From an uncultured Verrucomicrobiae bacterium (GTDB taxonomy: Bacteria; Verrucomicrobiota; Verrucomicrobiia; Limisphaerales; Palsa-1400): a DNA stretch of 64,000 nt. Location: positions 2,432,001 through 2,496,000 of the forward strand of contig OY969763.1 in assembly GCA_963702845.1 (NCBI GenBank). The letters are read 5' to 3'. The translations under genes and the position numbers were made by a program. Positions 52,704 to 63,784 of this stretch are shown one piece after another (the stretch's first letter is position 1; every line of letters starts with the position of its first letter). The notes beneath the pieces are model-generated. The model saw only the letters and a program-made list of their open reading frames with translations, was not told the DNA's origin and ran no database searches.

Positions 52704-53951
52704 TTAGAAATGATATCCGAAACTCAGCGCGAGAGCGTGACTAATATAGGTGTAGTTGCCGTTTGCTGGGGCGTTGAACCCAACCTGGTCGCTGATCGTG
52801 CGCTCGGGTCCGTAGGCAAATTGATAGGTCGCGTCCCAACTGATGTGCTTGTATTTTTTACCAACGCCGAGGCTGAATATGTGACGATCAGAATCAGGCA
52901 CAATAGGATTAAAATTTGCGCTCGGAACCGAGTTCTCGCTGTAAATGTATCCCCCGCTCACGTGCCAGCCGTGTTTGAAATAGCGAGTGGCGCCGAATTC
53001 ATAAAACCAACTCGATTGCCAATTCAGCGGCACGCTTTGAGGCCCAGTTACGCTTTTGTTAAGAGTTAAAGTATTGAGGGTGTGCCAGTCGGTCCAGTCG
53101 GCGTTCACTTCAAAATTCCACTTTTTGTTTGGGCGAAACGAATAGCCTAAGACAACATTTTGCGGGAATTTAAAACGGGTGGTGGCGCTCTCGGTGATCG
53201 GGCCGGGTAAGAGAGCCGGGATTTCGGTATCAGTATGTCCCTGGAAATCCATGGTCGTTTCGCTGCGATAGCTGACGCCGAAGGAATGTTTCTTCAACGG
53301 ATGCCAGAGCACGCCAGCGTTGAAGCCAAGATCGTCGTCGCGACCGCGAAAACGAAAGTTATTAGCCGAAGAGCCGAACGGAATGAATTGCAACTCGGAT
53401 TCAGCATGGTTGAACGTTGGACCAGCGGAAACGGAAAGAGTTTTGATCGGTTTCCAAGCAATGACCGGATTGATGGTCAGGTACTCAATTTGGCCTTTTT
53501 TAGGGAAGTTCGGCGAGGTTAGAAATGGCGCGTTATCCGGCCATTCCAATCCAAGGCCGTAGGGAGAGTAGACCCCGAGCCCCAGTGTCAACGGAAGGTT
53601 CGGCAATTTGCCGGTGACATAAAGTTGAGGGATGCCTTGCAGTTTTTGCCTGGTGTTGACGGTTGTGCCGCCGCCTTCGAAATGCGAGCTGAGTAAAATA
53701 CCATAGCCCCCAATGCGCGTGTCGATCCCGTCGAGTTGACTGATGCCCGCGGGATTGTAATAGATTGCCGAGGGATTGTCGGCCGTGGCGACAAAGGCGT
53801 TGCCGCGCGCAGTCGCGAATGCATCCTGATCAGGAAGGCGAATTCCAAGCGCAAACGAATGCGTCGGGAGGAGACTAATGAGTGCGATGCTTACTGCGAT
53901 GAGCGACTTAGCCGAAAGGCGCGCAGCAATTTTCTTGGTTGGTTGATGCAT
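52704..53951 (-). CDS. OmpP1/FadL-family outer-membrane beta-barrel
   Basis: ARGNAFVATADNPSAIYYNPAG, PYGLGLEW, WTDW and PDSDR; terminal Phe (GYHF). Start at ATG 53951 or TTG 53966. Confidence 0.9.
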   Translation of the reverse strand: MHQPTKKIAARLSAKSLIAVSIALISLLPTHSFALGIRLPDQDAFATARGNAFVATADNPSAIYYNPAGISQLDGIDTRIGGYGILLSSHFEGGGTTVNTRQKLQGIPQLYVTGKLPNLPLTLGLGVYSPYGLGLEWPDNAPFLTSPNFPKKGQIEYLTINPVIAWKPIKTLSVSAGPTFNHAESELQFIPFGSSANNFRFRGRDDDLGFNAGVLWHPLKKHSFGVSYRSETTMDFQGHTDTEIPALLPGPITESATTRFKFPQNVVLGYSFRPNKKWNFEVNADWTDWHTLNTLTLNKSVTGPQSVPLNWQSSWFYEFGATRYFKHGWHVSGGYIYSENSVPSANFNPIVPDSDRHIFSLGVGKKYKHISWDATYQFAYGPERTISDQVGFNAPANGNYTYISHALALSFGYHF

Positions 53952-54038
53952 AACTTTTTTTGTCAAATAAACCGAAATTAGACAAGCTTTAAGGGCTTCA
54001 AATATTGAGCTCGTTCAAAAATGGAATGTGCAAATCCG

Positions 54039-57000
54039 CTATTGCACAACGACGCGATAAAAAGCTGAAGATGAGCCGCCGGTGTCGGATAAGAATACGA
54101 TACCGACGCCAGAAGCATAGGTCGCAGCCGGACTCACCGCGACATCTGTCCAAATGGTGTTTGCTCCGTCGAGGGATGAAGCGCGTTGCAAACGATAGGT
54201 ATAACCCGGCGCGCAACTCAGGACGAAGCTAACGGTCGAACCTTGCCATGTTGGAGCCAACACGCCCATAGGCGGTGCGACGTTGATATTAAATTGGCTG
54301 CTGCGCAAAGAACCGTCTGGATCCATCGCGTTGATGGCAACAGGATACGAACCAACAGCGTTCGGTGTTCCGCTCAGTGTCGTAGTAGCGGAGTTAAACA
54401 CCAACCATCCCGGCGCAACCGGTGTTGAAGCCAACGAGAATGTCAGCGAGTCGTAATCTGTGTCAACAAACGCATCGGATGGAATTGTGAAATTAAACGG
54501 CAATCCGACACTGGCCCACTGATCGGCAATCGGATGGGCCAAATACGTGTTGTCAAATTTCACTTGGTAAATATAAGTCACTCCGAAACGCGCACCGGTT
54601 CCATCGTCGTAACGCGCGCCTGCGGCAAGGGTGCCATCTTTGAGAGCGACGTCGTAGCCGAATGCCGCATACGTATCAGTGGAGGGCGGAAGAATTTTCT
54701 CGAGCAACGACCACTGCGGCAAGCCGGGGAAATTGCGGGCGTAATGGAACACGGCGCCTTGCTGCGAAACATCCTGGAATGTGCCGATGGCGATTAGTTC
54801 GCCATCGAGAGCGACGGCGTTACCAAATTGGGTTGATGTTGCGCCTTCAGGATGAGTGAGCTTCCTGACCTGGCCCCAGACGTTGCTGCCGCCTTGATTT
54901 CGCGAGAACGCGTAGACTGCACCGGACTTCACGCCAACCAACGCAAACGGTGCGCCCGCCACGAGCAAGTCACCGCTGAGCGAAACAGAGTGGCCGAGCA
55001 AATCGCCAGTGACACCATCTGACGCACCAACTTTGCGGACCAAACCCCAGTTGTTTGTTCCGCCCTGGTTGCGGTCAAACAAATAGATCGTGCCAGCATG
55101 AACAGCGTTGTTTGAAAGCGAGTTCAAGTGCGATCCGATTGCTACGGTGTTGCTGCTGATCGAAATCGAATAGCCAAACTCGTCGCCATCGGTGCCATCG
55201 GTTGGGATGAGTTTTTTGACCAAACCCCAATTTCCCACGCCGCCCTGATTGCGCGAGTAAACGTAGGCTGCACCGGTCTTGGCAGACGTGCCGAGGGCAG
55301 CGTTGCGTGATGCACCGACGACCAGCGTATCTCCGTCGATCGCAACGGTGCCGAACAGGTCGAGATTACCACCATCCGCCGGGGTGAACTTTTTCGAGAA
55401 ACCCCAGTTATTCGAGCCGCCCTGGTTGCGATCGAATACGTAAGCTGCGCCTGTTCCCGTCCACAACGCACCAACTGCCACGGTGTCACCACTGATTCCG
55501 ACAGCGAGACCAAATTGATCCGTCACGGTCTGAGTTCCAGTGCCGACGAGTTTCTTCACTTGGGTCCAGGTATTCGGGCCGGCTGCGTTGCGAGAATAAA
55601 TGTAGGCAGATCCAGAACGAATCGATCCAACGAGATCGTGAGGCATTCCAGAAACGACATAGTCACGCGATGCCGCAACTGAATAGGCGAAAGTCGTTGA
55701 GGTGGTTCCGTTGCCGTTTGTCGATTCTTTGGTGAAGGCGTCGGTCGAAATCACCGTCGTATTATTGTCTACGGTAGGCGCAATAAATCCGTCAGCCACA
55801 GAAATCGTTAACCGATTAGTTTCGGAAGCGCCGGGGGCGAGACGACCGGTGATCGTCGGCACGAAAATCAACGCACGCAGTGCCGTTGTAGCTTGAGCTG
55901 GAGTGACGTTGTTGATGGTGTAGATACCGCTTCCGGCGGCAACGAAATTACCGAGCGAAGTCAGGAATCCGTGAGTTGGCAGATCCAACGTTACAGTCAC
56001 GGCGAGTGGTTGTGCACCGAGATCGTCGATGTCAGCGATAGTCACGGCCGCGAACGGCGCTAGCGTCGAATGGTCGTAAACTTTTTGATTCGATAACGTG
56101 CCAGTGATTGTGGGCGCATCGTCGGTAGCGGTGACATTCACAATCGTGTTTGCATCAACCACTGGGTTTGCAACAAACCCGTCATTAACTGTGATTGTAA
56201 AAGTTGTGACTTCGGTTGTCGGCACCGGGATGCGGTTCGGCGTCGGAACAAACACAAGGCCGCGAATCGCAGCGGTGATTGCCGGGCCCGTGCTCTGCAA
56301 GGTGTAAGTGCCGGGAGCGACATTCAGGAACCCGCCGAGATTCACAAGGTGACCTTTTGAAGCGTTATCCAGCGTGATTGTGACGGTCAATGGTTGGAGG
56401 CCAAAATCGTCGAGGTCGCCAATAGTGACCGCACTGAACGGCGAGGCTGTTTGTTTATCGGTGATAGAGAAGCCGCCTTGTGTTCCGGTGATAGTCGGAA
56501 CGTCATTGACGCCGACGATTGTGACGGTGACGGTGTTCGTATCGCGGTCGGAACCGGGGGTCACTACGTTGACAGTAGCAGTGCCGCTAACTAAGGCACC
56601 AGTATCGTTCGTGACTTGATAAGTGAATTGCTCGGAACCAGTGAAACCAAGCGCTGGAGTGTACAAGACATGGGAGCGCGAAACATCAGCGCTGACAGTT
56701 CCACCGTGGGTCGCGTTACCGAATCCCGAAAGAGGACGACCTGCTGTATCGGGCAAGATGTGGTCGTTCACAAGAACATCTAGCAAATTGCTGACCGAAC
56801 CGGCCAGGACAGTAAACGTGTCCGGGACGGTAACGAGACTCCCAACTGACACTGTGACCGTGTTGCTCCCGGTATCGGCGTTACCATCAACGGTTGAATA
56901 TCCAAAAGTTTCCAGGCCGATGAATCCCGGCGCGGGTGTGTAGGTGATGGAATTATTTACGCTCGATCCATTAATTGAGGCCGTGCCAACCAGAGTATTG

Positions 57001-60000
57001 GTTTGCAGCGCGGTAATCTTGAGAGTGCCAGGCGTAATCGGAAGCACGTAGTCATTCTTCAGCACTTGTAGCACGGTCGCGGCACTATCGTGAGCAACAG
57101 AATACACGTCGGGATTTGAGTTAACAACCGACGTGTTGATGACCTTGACCTTCACGTGACCAACCGCGCGATTTGGCGAACCGTCGGAAATTTCATAAGT
57201 GAAATTATCTTCACCACTGAAATTGGACGACGGCGTGTAGATGAGTGCTTTGCCAGCGCCGTTGATTGAAATAGTTCCATGCTGCGGAGCATTAGCGCCA
57301 ATACCGGTCGCGGAGATGAGCAGCGACTGACCAAGATTTGGCAGGATGCCGTCGTTGACCATGACCGGCAGGGTGTTGTTGGTGCTTCCTTGAACAACAG
57401 TGAAAACGTCGTCGTTGGCGAAGAAGCCGCTCGAAATGACCTTGATCGAAACGTTGCCAGTGGCCGTGCCCCCTGCTCCATCAGAAATGGTGTAAGTCAC
57501 AAACGGCTCCTGGTGATTCGTTACTCCCGTCGGCGGGTGATAGACGAGTTTGTTCTGGGTACCATTTATCGAGAGAGTGCCGATAATCCCGTTGGTTTGA
57601 ATACCGGTGATCACAAGATTGGTCGTGGTTCCCGGAATAATCTGATCGTTCGCCAACACGTCGAACACTGTCGTTCCCGTACCAGCCAGAGCGGTGAACG
57701 TGTCGTCGTTTGCTGTCAATGTACTAGTGCGGTCGATCACTGTAACAGTTACACAGCCAGTTGCGACTGAGCCACCAACCGCGACCTGATAAGTGAACAT
57801 TTCGAAGTATGGATAGGCGTTCGTATTGGCAGGCGTGTAGTGAATCTGGTTGTTCGCGCCATTGCCATTCAAGGTAATGGATCCACCTTTGTTCGGCGTC
57901 CCAAGAGCGGTGATGGTTAAACCGCTAGTCGCAGGGACAGTGCTATCGTTGGCAAGCACGTCTAGATTCACGCTGGTTCCGCGAGAGACCGTAAACGCGT
58001 CTGCATTCGCGCCGATAGTAAGCGCTGAAACGACAACCGTGACGGTTGCTGTATCGCTGCCACCCTGACCATCTGCAATGGTATAGGTGAAGGTTTCAGT
58101 GCCGGCAAAATTTTGTGGGGTAGAGTAATAGATTCCAGTGCCGTTGCTGTTGATCGCCACGTTGCCATTTTGACTAGGCGTGCTCACGCTCGTGATCGTA
58201 AGTATTCCACCGTTGTTCGCGAGATTGGCATCGTTGGCAACAACGGAAAGCAGGTTGGATGAAGTACCAGCCTGGACCGTGAACGAATCGTTGTTCGCCA
58301 CAGTCAAACTGTGGTCCAGCACAACGTAACTGAAAGTGTCTGACGTGGTCTGGCCTTCATGCAGCCAGTTGAACAAACCGCTCGGGTCGTAGCTGAAGCT
58401 GCCATCGGTGTTGATTGCCACGGGCGCTCCTGCCGAACTCACGCCGCTGCCGGCCAGCACATTTAAGGTGTCGTCAGGAGCGACGTTGTTGACATCAGGA
58501 TCTGTATCATTGACCAAAACACCAGGAGCAGAGATTTGCAGCAATGACTTTTCACCTGTTGAATATGCATCCGGCGCTGAGACGGGCCGGTCATTCACAC
58601 CAGTGACGGTAACGCTAACCACGGCGTTACTGAATAAACCATGGTCGTCTGTTGCGGTATATGTAAATGTGTCGATGACCACTTCTTTTCGGGCGAGCGC
58701 ATTGAGCGTCGCGGACACGCGCGGATCATAAACAACGTTTGTCCCTGAAATTGTCACACTGGCACCCAAAGCGCTGGTCGGCGTAACCGAGGTGACCTGC
58801 AAAACTGTCCCGTTATCCGGGTCGGTGTCATTGGCGAGTAATTGCGAGTGCGCAATGTTCAGCGGCGTTTCTTCGTCTGTCGCTATGCTATCAGCATTGG
58901 CAGTTGGGGCATCATTCACACCGGTGACCGTGATGTGAATAGCCGCAGTGCCGACGGTGTTATATCGATCCATCACGCTGTAGAAAAAGGTGTCGACGGC
59001 TGTTTGTCCTTGCGCGAGGGCATTCAGTACCGCAGATCCTCGAGGATCGTACGTGATGTGCGTTTGGTTGCGGTCGAAACGAATATCCAATGTAGCCGTG
59101 GCTCCCAAAGCTGTTGTGATCTGCAATGAACCAGCAATGTATGCGCCGGTCGGTTCGATCGACACCATACGCAGGGTGTTGGTCGTGTCGTCGGTGTTTG
59201 GATCGCGATCATTTCCGAGCAAGTTGTTGGCGGTGGTGAAATCCAAGACAGCATCTTCAGCCGTGGTAAGAATGGGGTTCGTCAATACTGAATCGTCGGT
59301 CGGCACCGGCGGTTGGTTCACGCCCGTGACGTTGACCGTAACAGTTGCAGTTGCTTTAAGCAGGTTCTGGTTCGTCGCGGCGAGATCCGTGCCTCGTGTG
59401 TGATCCACACCTGATGCAGAATCCAAAATCGTATATTGGAACGTGTCAACGACATTGCTTCCTTGCGGAAGGGAAGTTAGGAAAGTAGATGTCGTGGGAT
59501 CGTATTTGATCGTTGCTCCGGTCGTTGGAGAATTGTTGATTATCAACTGCGCGCCTAATGCACTGTAGTTAGTCGTACCAGTTACTCCGGGTGTAATTCC
59601 ATTTGTGACACCGACGCCGACAACGCGAATCGTATCGGTCGCATCCAAATCAACGTCATTTACCAAGACTGAAATTGCAACAATCGGGGTCTGCGCGTCG
59701 GTTGCTGCAGAATCGTCATACGCGCGCGGAGGAGAGTTACCAATGGCCAGCGGGTTGCCTGCCGTATCGTAGCCCGGATTCGACAATTCAGTCGGGCCAG
59801 GAACGCGGCCGCCTTCTTTTGCGACGACGCGTTGGTATGGGAGATAGACACCTTGAAATTGTGGGCTCAAGACCAGCGATTGATTTGAGACTGTCAGATA
59901 ACCGGGGTCATTCGCCGCCGAGGTAACAAACGAACTGACGTAGCTAATTTTAAGGATCATCTGATCAGAGGAGTTCTTCAGCGTAAATGTGCCTGCCGCG

Positions 60001-63000
60001 TTGTCGAGCAACAGGTCCGAGGCGCAAATCTGTTTATAAACACCAGAAGGAACAGACGTGTTCACTGCATTGTGCGAGAACAAAACAAGGGCTTCACCGG
60101 GGGACATTGGCTGGCTGGTGAACGTGTGTCGCAGAACACCACCGACATACAGTTTGAAACCTGCGAGATTCAACGCAGTGGAATCACGAGGCACATAAAA
60201 CTCGATGAATTCGTCGTTGGTGTTTGGCGCCGCCGGATTGAACGCAAATTCCTCGACAATGATTCTCTGCGATGCGCCCAAGTCATAGGCGCCGATGTCA
60301 GGTTTGTTGTCGCGGAAGAAACCGCGTTGGTCGGTGCCGAGCGAATCCAGAACCGCGCCAGGGGAAACTGCATTGCTAATGGCCGCACTTCCGCCAGCGA
60401 GAGCGAAGGTCAACGTTGGTCCGCCGTTGTTAGCAAGACTGAGGAGTTGGGGATTCGTGTTAACGTAATCTGAAGGAGGGTGGAAAATAATCGTGTTGGT
60501 TGCCGAGCCGCCGGTCGAAAAGGTTGTGGTTGTGGAATCGTCGGACACATTTCCACCCAGCGACAAAATTGTTCCGCTGTCATCCATTTCAAGGTTCTTG
60601 CCCTGGCCATCAGCAACGATCGAGTTCTGCAATTGAACGTAGGTGTTGAAAACATTCGGACGAATGGACGTGCCCTGATTGGACGCATCACGATTGTCAT
60701 GGAACGTGCAGTTCACGACGAACACGTCAAGTTCAACACCCGGATCAACGTTCTCAACATACAGTCCGCCACCACCTAATCCGCCATCCGCGTTTTGACG
60801 GTTCGTGGCAAATGTCGTGTTTGCAATGGTGCAGGATTGGTCGGCGTAAATCGAAATGCCACCACCGCCCTGCCCTACAGATGAGCTGTTGCTGTTACCA
60901 GCAATCAAGCAGTGGTCGACATTTAGCACGCCTTCAGTGACGTCAATACCGCCACCCCATACGTCAGCACTACAATCGGTGACCGCGCAATAGCTCAGGT
61001 TCAATGTTGAACCAGTGGCAACTTCAAATGCGCCACCCGCGAACGAATCATGTCCCTTTGTGAACTTCAGGCGATTCATTTGGACGATCGCGCCGTTGCT
61101 TACGAGGAACAGTTGCACTTTGGCCACACCGTCACCCGCAGAATCACCACTAATGGTCAGGTTATCGGCGCCGGGACCGTCGAACGTCAACGTCTTATTG
61201 AGGACCAATGTCGCGAGCAAATGAATGGTGGCTGGGTAATCCGGCGTGCCCGCAACCGTTGAGCGAATGTCGAAGGTAACGTGATCGTTGTTGCCGGCAT
61301 CGGTGATGGCCTTGCGCAACGTGCCCTTCTTCGCCGCATCAGGAACATTACCGTCATTCGGGTCGTAATCCGCCGTCGTTGTAACGATATATGAGTTTTG
61401 CGTTTTGCGCAGGACGACGGCGAGATTGGTCTGGATGGAATTTGGAATCTGGTTCGTAACGCTAATCGCAAAGTTCACTGGCTGTCCGACGAGCAGTCCA
61501 ACGCCGGGAGAAAAATTCAGCTGTTCGATGGCCGTGGTCGCGTTGCTTGCACTGCCACTGAAGGTGTAGACACCGGAACCACGATCAGAAAACCCCGCAG
61601 CACTAACACTGCTGGCCGTGAACGTTCCCTGGCTCGGTGTCGTAATCTGCACCCCCAGGTTGACAACGGTCGCGTCAGCGATCGTGACTAATTGAAACGG
61701 GAAAATATTCGATGTAAGCGGAATTGAAACGGGCTGAGGCGAAGGCAACGTAACAATCGGAATACCGCTCACAGCCGCGACGCGAACCTGGGTAGTGCTG
61801 TTCTGCACGATACCACCATGGCTATCATCCACACGAATCGTGAAAGTAGTTGTTTCTGTCAGACCAACTGGTACACGGTTTGGCGTCGGCACAAAGACGA
61901 GTTGGCGAATCGCTGCACTGGCATTGGTCGTTCCGATTAACGTGTAAACTCCGTTGTTACTCGTAAATCCGGACAGGACGAGGCTATTCGCGCTAAAGGT
62001 TCCTTTGGCGGAAGTGTCCAGAGTGACTGTTACGGCAAGCGGCTGGAGGCCGAGTTCGTCTGCGTCAGAAATCAACACCGTGGAGAACGGCAGCACAGTT
62101 TGCGTATCTTGAATTGTGACGAGCGGCGATACCCCGATAAGAGTTGGAGTGTCGTTAACTGGCGTGACGATGACAGTCGTGCTGGTATCCGTTACATTTG
62201 TGATCGGACCGTCGATCAAAGTAATCCCAAACACAGCGGTATCAGCAGTCGAACCATTGATGCGATTCGGAGTTGGTTGAAAAACAAGCGCGCGAATTGC
62301 CGTTGTCGCTGCCTCGCTGGTGCCGGCGAAGTCGTAGGTCGGTGGAGAAACACTATTATTCTTAACGAAACCACTCAGATTCGCGATCGTGCCCTGCGTT
62401 TCATTCGTCACACCGTTCAGACCAACTTTTACTATCATCGAGTTTCCGTTGAAGCTCTTGATCGTCACACCGGAGAACAGTGCGATCGTCGTATTATCGT
62501 TGACTCGCTGACCTGATGCCGTGCCCGACAATCCTGGTGGAGAAATCAATGAGTAGAGGTCGATGTAAAGATTTGTGCTCAACGTTCCGCCGTGTCCGTC
62601 ATCCGCGCTGATTGTCACTGTCAAAGTATTGGTGCCGGCAATGGGGCTGGATGGAGCTTGATAGAGGATATTGCGCAAATTTGAGGTCGCGACTTGCGGA
62701 TCACCACTGCTCACATAATTCGTCCCGGTGAATCCGCCAAGTTCGAGGGTGCCCAACGGACTAGGCCCACTCAGCACTACCTGATAGTTCAACGTCTGAC
62801 CGTTGGTCAGCGCAAGATTATCATTCGGATCGACATCTAACAGTGACAGAATTGAAAACGGCGACAATGTATGTCCGGTTTGCACTGTTTGATGCGCAGT
62901 AGTCACACCCGTTAGGGTCGGTGCGTCGTTCACTGAAGTTGTTACCACCGTCACAGTGCTATTCGAAACGGCGGCAAAGCTGTCGCTGATTCGCACAGTG

Positions 63001-63770
63001 AACGTTGTGGTTTCAGTTTGGCCGACCGGTACGTCGTTTTCAGTCGGATCGAAAACAAGGCCGGCAAGCGCTGTGGTCGCCGCGGAGTCAGTATTTGTGA
63101 TCGTTGCCGTCCCATTTGCATTTAATGTGAAACCGGTGCTACCAACAACGATTGTACCTTTGTTGGTGTCATCAAGGCTCACCGTCACGATCACTGGCTG
63201 GTTTCCGCTGTTATCCACGTCATTGAAAGAAATCGCGCCTAGCGGTTGAACCGTTTGTTTATCCGTGATCGCGAAACTCGTCGTTCCGGAAACCGTCAAT
63301 GTGGGAGCGTCGTTTGTCGACGTAATTCGAAGGGTCGTGGTTTGCGCTGCGGCACTGTTTCCAGCCGCGTCAGTCGCAGATATCTGGAAGACCACATTTG
63401 AAACGTTCGGCACGGGAATGAGGTTATTAACCGGCGTAAACGTCAATTGCCCGAGCAACGTATTTGCGGTCGATAAATTTGTTACCGCGATGACATAAAA
63501 ATTATTGGAATGAACGACACCAGTCGGGAGAGGCGTTTGAAAACCACCGAGCGAACTCGGGCTGAAACTAATCAAAACGGTAACAACGTTAGTGTCGCTG
63601 TCCGTAACTGTGACTGGATCGAAAAGATTGGTGGATTGCTTGTCCGTGATATTGACGGTGCCGGTGACATTATTGATGTCGAGCGGCGTAGGAGCTGCGT
63701 CCGCGGCCAACGCGCCAAGGAGCACGATGCCAATCAGTGCAAAAAGACCAAACCTGGTTGTCAGTTTCAT
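54039..63770 (-). CDS. Giant secreted adhesin-like protein (~3240 aa)
   Basis: Signal peptide; cadherin-like repeats (VNDAP); beta-helix/choice-of-anchor Q-like region (GTLRKAI...LANNGGPT...DQRG..R..PDIGAY); lamin-tail-like domain (EFIEFY); tandem-95/Big_9 repeats (VLAND); FG-GAP propeller (FGYSISIS); He_PIG-like domain; C-terminal FYRV domain. Confidence 0.88.
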   Translation of the reverse strand: MKLTTRFGLFALIGIVLLGALAADAAPTPLDINNVTGTVNITDKQSTNLFDPVTVTDSDTNVVTVLISFSPSSLGGFQTPLPTGVVHSNNFYVIAVTNLSTANTLLGQLTFTPVNNLIPVPNVSNVVFQISATDAAGNSAAAQTTTLRITSTNDAPTLTVSGTTSFAITDKQTVQPLGAISFNDVDNSGNQPVIVTVSLDDTNKGTIVVGSTGFTLNANGTATITNTDSAATTALAGLVFDPTENDVPVGQTETTTFTVRISDSFAAVSNSTVTVVTTSVNDAPTLTGVTTAHQTVQTGHTLSPFSILSLLDVDPNDNLALTNGQTLNYQVVLSGPSPLGTLELGGFTGTNYVSSGDPQVATSNLRNILYQAPSSPIAGTNTLTVTISADDGHGGTLSTNLYIDLYSLISPPGLSGTASGQRVNDNTTIALFSGVTIKSFNGNSMIVKVGLNGVTNETQGTIANLSGFVKNNSVSPPTYDFAGTSEAATTAIRALVFQPTPNRINGSTADTAVFGITLIDGPITNVTDTSTTVIVTPVNDTPTLIGVSPLVTIQDTQTVLPFSTVLISDADELGLQPLAVTVTLDTSAKGTFSANSLVLSGFTSNNGVYTLIGTTNASAAIRQLVFVPTPNRVPVGLTETTTFTIRVDDSHGGIVQNSTTQVRVAAVSGIPIVTLPSPQPVSIPLTSNIFPFQLVTIADATVVNLGVQITTPSQGTFTASSVSAAGFSDRGSGVYTFSGSASNATTAIEQLNFSPGVGLLVGQPVNFAISVTNQIPNSIQTNLAVVLRKTQNSYIVTTTADYDPNDGNVPDAAKKGTLRKAITDAGNNDHVTFDIRSTVAGTPDYPATIHLLATLVLNKTLTFDGPGADNLTISGDSAGDGVAKVQLFLVSNGAIVQMNRLKFTKGHDSFAGGAFEVATGSTLNLSYCAVTDCSADVWGGGIDVTEGVLNVDHCLIAGNSNSSSVGQGGGGISIYADQSCTIANTTFATNRQNADGGLGGGGLYVENVDPGVELDVFVVNCTFHDNRDASNQGTSIRPNVFNTYVQLQNSIVADGQGKNLEMDDSGTILSLGGNVSDDSTTTTFSTGGSATNTIIFHPPSDYVNTNPQLLSLANNGGPTLTFALAGGSAAISNAVSPGAVLDSLGTDQRGFFRDNKPDIGAYDLGASQRIIVEEFAFNPAAPNTNDEFIEFYVPRDSTALNLAGFKLYVGGVLRHTFTSQPMSPGEALVLFSHNAVNTSVPSGVYKQICASDLLLDNAAGTFTLKNSSDQMILKISYVSSFVTSAANDPGYLTVSNQSLVLSPQFQGVYLPYQRVVAKEGGRVPGPTELSNPGYDTAGNPLAIGNSPPRAYDDSAATDAQTPIVAISVLVNDVDLDATDTIRVVGVGVTNGITPGVTGTTNYSALGAQLIINNSPTTGATIKYDPTTSTFLTSLPQGSNVVDTFQYTILDSASGVDHTRGTDLAATNQNLLKATATVTVNVTGVNQPPVPTDDSVLTNPILTTAEDAVLDFTTANNLLGNDRDPNTDDTTNTLRMVSIEPTGAYIAGSLQITTALGATATLDIRFDRNQTHITYDPRGSAVLNALAQGQTAVDTFFYSVMDRYNTVGTAAIHITVTGVNDAPTANADSIATDEETPLNIAHSQLLANDTDPDNGTVLQVTSVTPTSALGASVTISGTNVVYDPRVSATLNALARKEVVIDTFTYTATDDHGLFSNAVVSVTVTGVNDRPVSAPDAYSTGEKSLLQISAPGVLVNDTDPDVNNVAPDDTLNVLAGSGVSSAGAPVAINTDGSFSYDPSGLFNWLHEGQTTSDTFSYVVLDHSLTVANNDSFTVQAGTSSNLLSVVANDANLANNGGILTITSVSTPSQNGNVAINSNGTGIYYSTPQNFAGTETFTYTIADGQGGSDTATVTVVVSALTIGANADAFTVSRGTSVNLDVLANDSTVPATSGLTITALGTPNKGGSITLNGNGANNQIHYTPANTNAYPYFEMFTYQVAVGGSVATGCVTVTVIDRTSTLTANDDTFTALAGTGTTVFDVLANDQIIPGTTTNLVITGIQTNGIIGTLSINGTQNKLVYHPPTGVTNHQEPFVTYTISDGAGGTATGNVSIKVISSGFFANDDVFTVVQGSTNNTLPVMVNDGILPNLGQSLLISATGIGANAPQHGTISINGAGKALIYTPSSNFSGEDNFTYEISDGSPNRAVGHVKVKVINTSVVNSNPDVYSVAHDSAATVLQVLKNDYVLPITPGTLKITALQTNTLVGTASINGSSVNNSITYTPAPGFIGLETFGYSTVDGNADTGSNTVTVSVGSLVTVPDTFTVLAGSVSNLLDVLVNDHILPDTAGRPLSGFGNATHGGTVSADVSRSHVLYTPALGFTGSEQFTYQVTNDTGALVSGTATVNVVTPGSDRDTNTVTVTIVGVNDVPTITGTQGGFSITDKQTASPFSAVTIGDLDDFGLQPLTVTITLDNASKGHLVNLGGFLNVAPGTYTLQSTGPAITAAIRGLVFVPTPNRIPVPTTEVTTFTITVNDGFVANPVVDANTIVNVTATDDAPTITGTLSNQKVYDHSTLAPFAAVTIADIDDLGAQPLAVTVTLDLPTHGFLTSLGNFVAAGSGIYTINNVTPAQATTALRALIFVPTITGRLAPGASETNRLTISVADGFIAPTVDNNTTVISTDAFTKESTNGNGTTSTTFAYSVAASRDYVVSGMPHDLVGSIRSGSAYIYSRNAAGPNTWTQVKKLVGTGTQTVTDQFGLAVGISGDTVAVGALWTGTGAAYVFDRNQGGSNNWGFSKKFTPADGGNLDLFGTVAIDGDTLVVGASRNAALGTSAKTGAAYVYSRNQGGVGNWGLVKKLIPTDGTDGDEFGYSISISSNTVAIGSHLNSLSNNAVHAGTIYLFDRNQGGTNNWGLVRKVGASDGVTGDLLGHSVSLSGDLLVAGAPFALVGVKSGAVYAFSRNQGGSNVWGQVRKLTHPEGATSTQFGNAVALDGELIAIGTFQDVSQQGAVFHYARNFPGLPQWSLLEKILPPSTDTYAAFGYDVALKDGTLAAGARYDDGTGARFGVTYIYQVKFDNTYLAHPIADQWASVGLPFNFTIPSDAFVDTDYDSLTFSLASTPVAPGWLVFNSATTTLSGTPNAVGSYPVAINAMDPDGSLRSSQFNINVAPPMGVLAPTWQGSTVSFVLSCAPGYTYRLQRASSLDGANTIWTDVAVSPAATYASGVGIVFLSDTGGSSSAFYRVVVQ

Positions 63771-63784
63771 TTTGGGGAAATAAG

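Noticed and set aside
37009..63770. Repetitive DNA as a CRISPR array or DGR template/variable repeats
   Set aside because: The repeats are degenerate protein-domain repeats (Ig, cadherin-like, FG-GAP). There are no identical spaced repeats, cas genes or reverse transcriptase.
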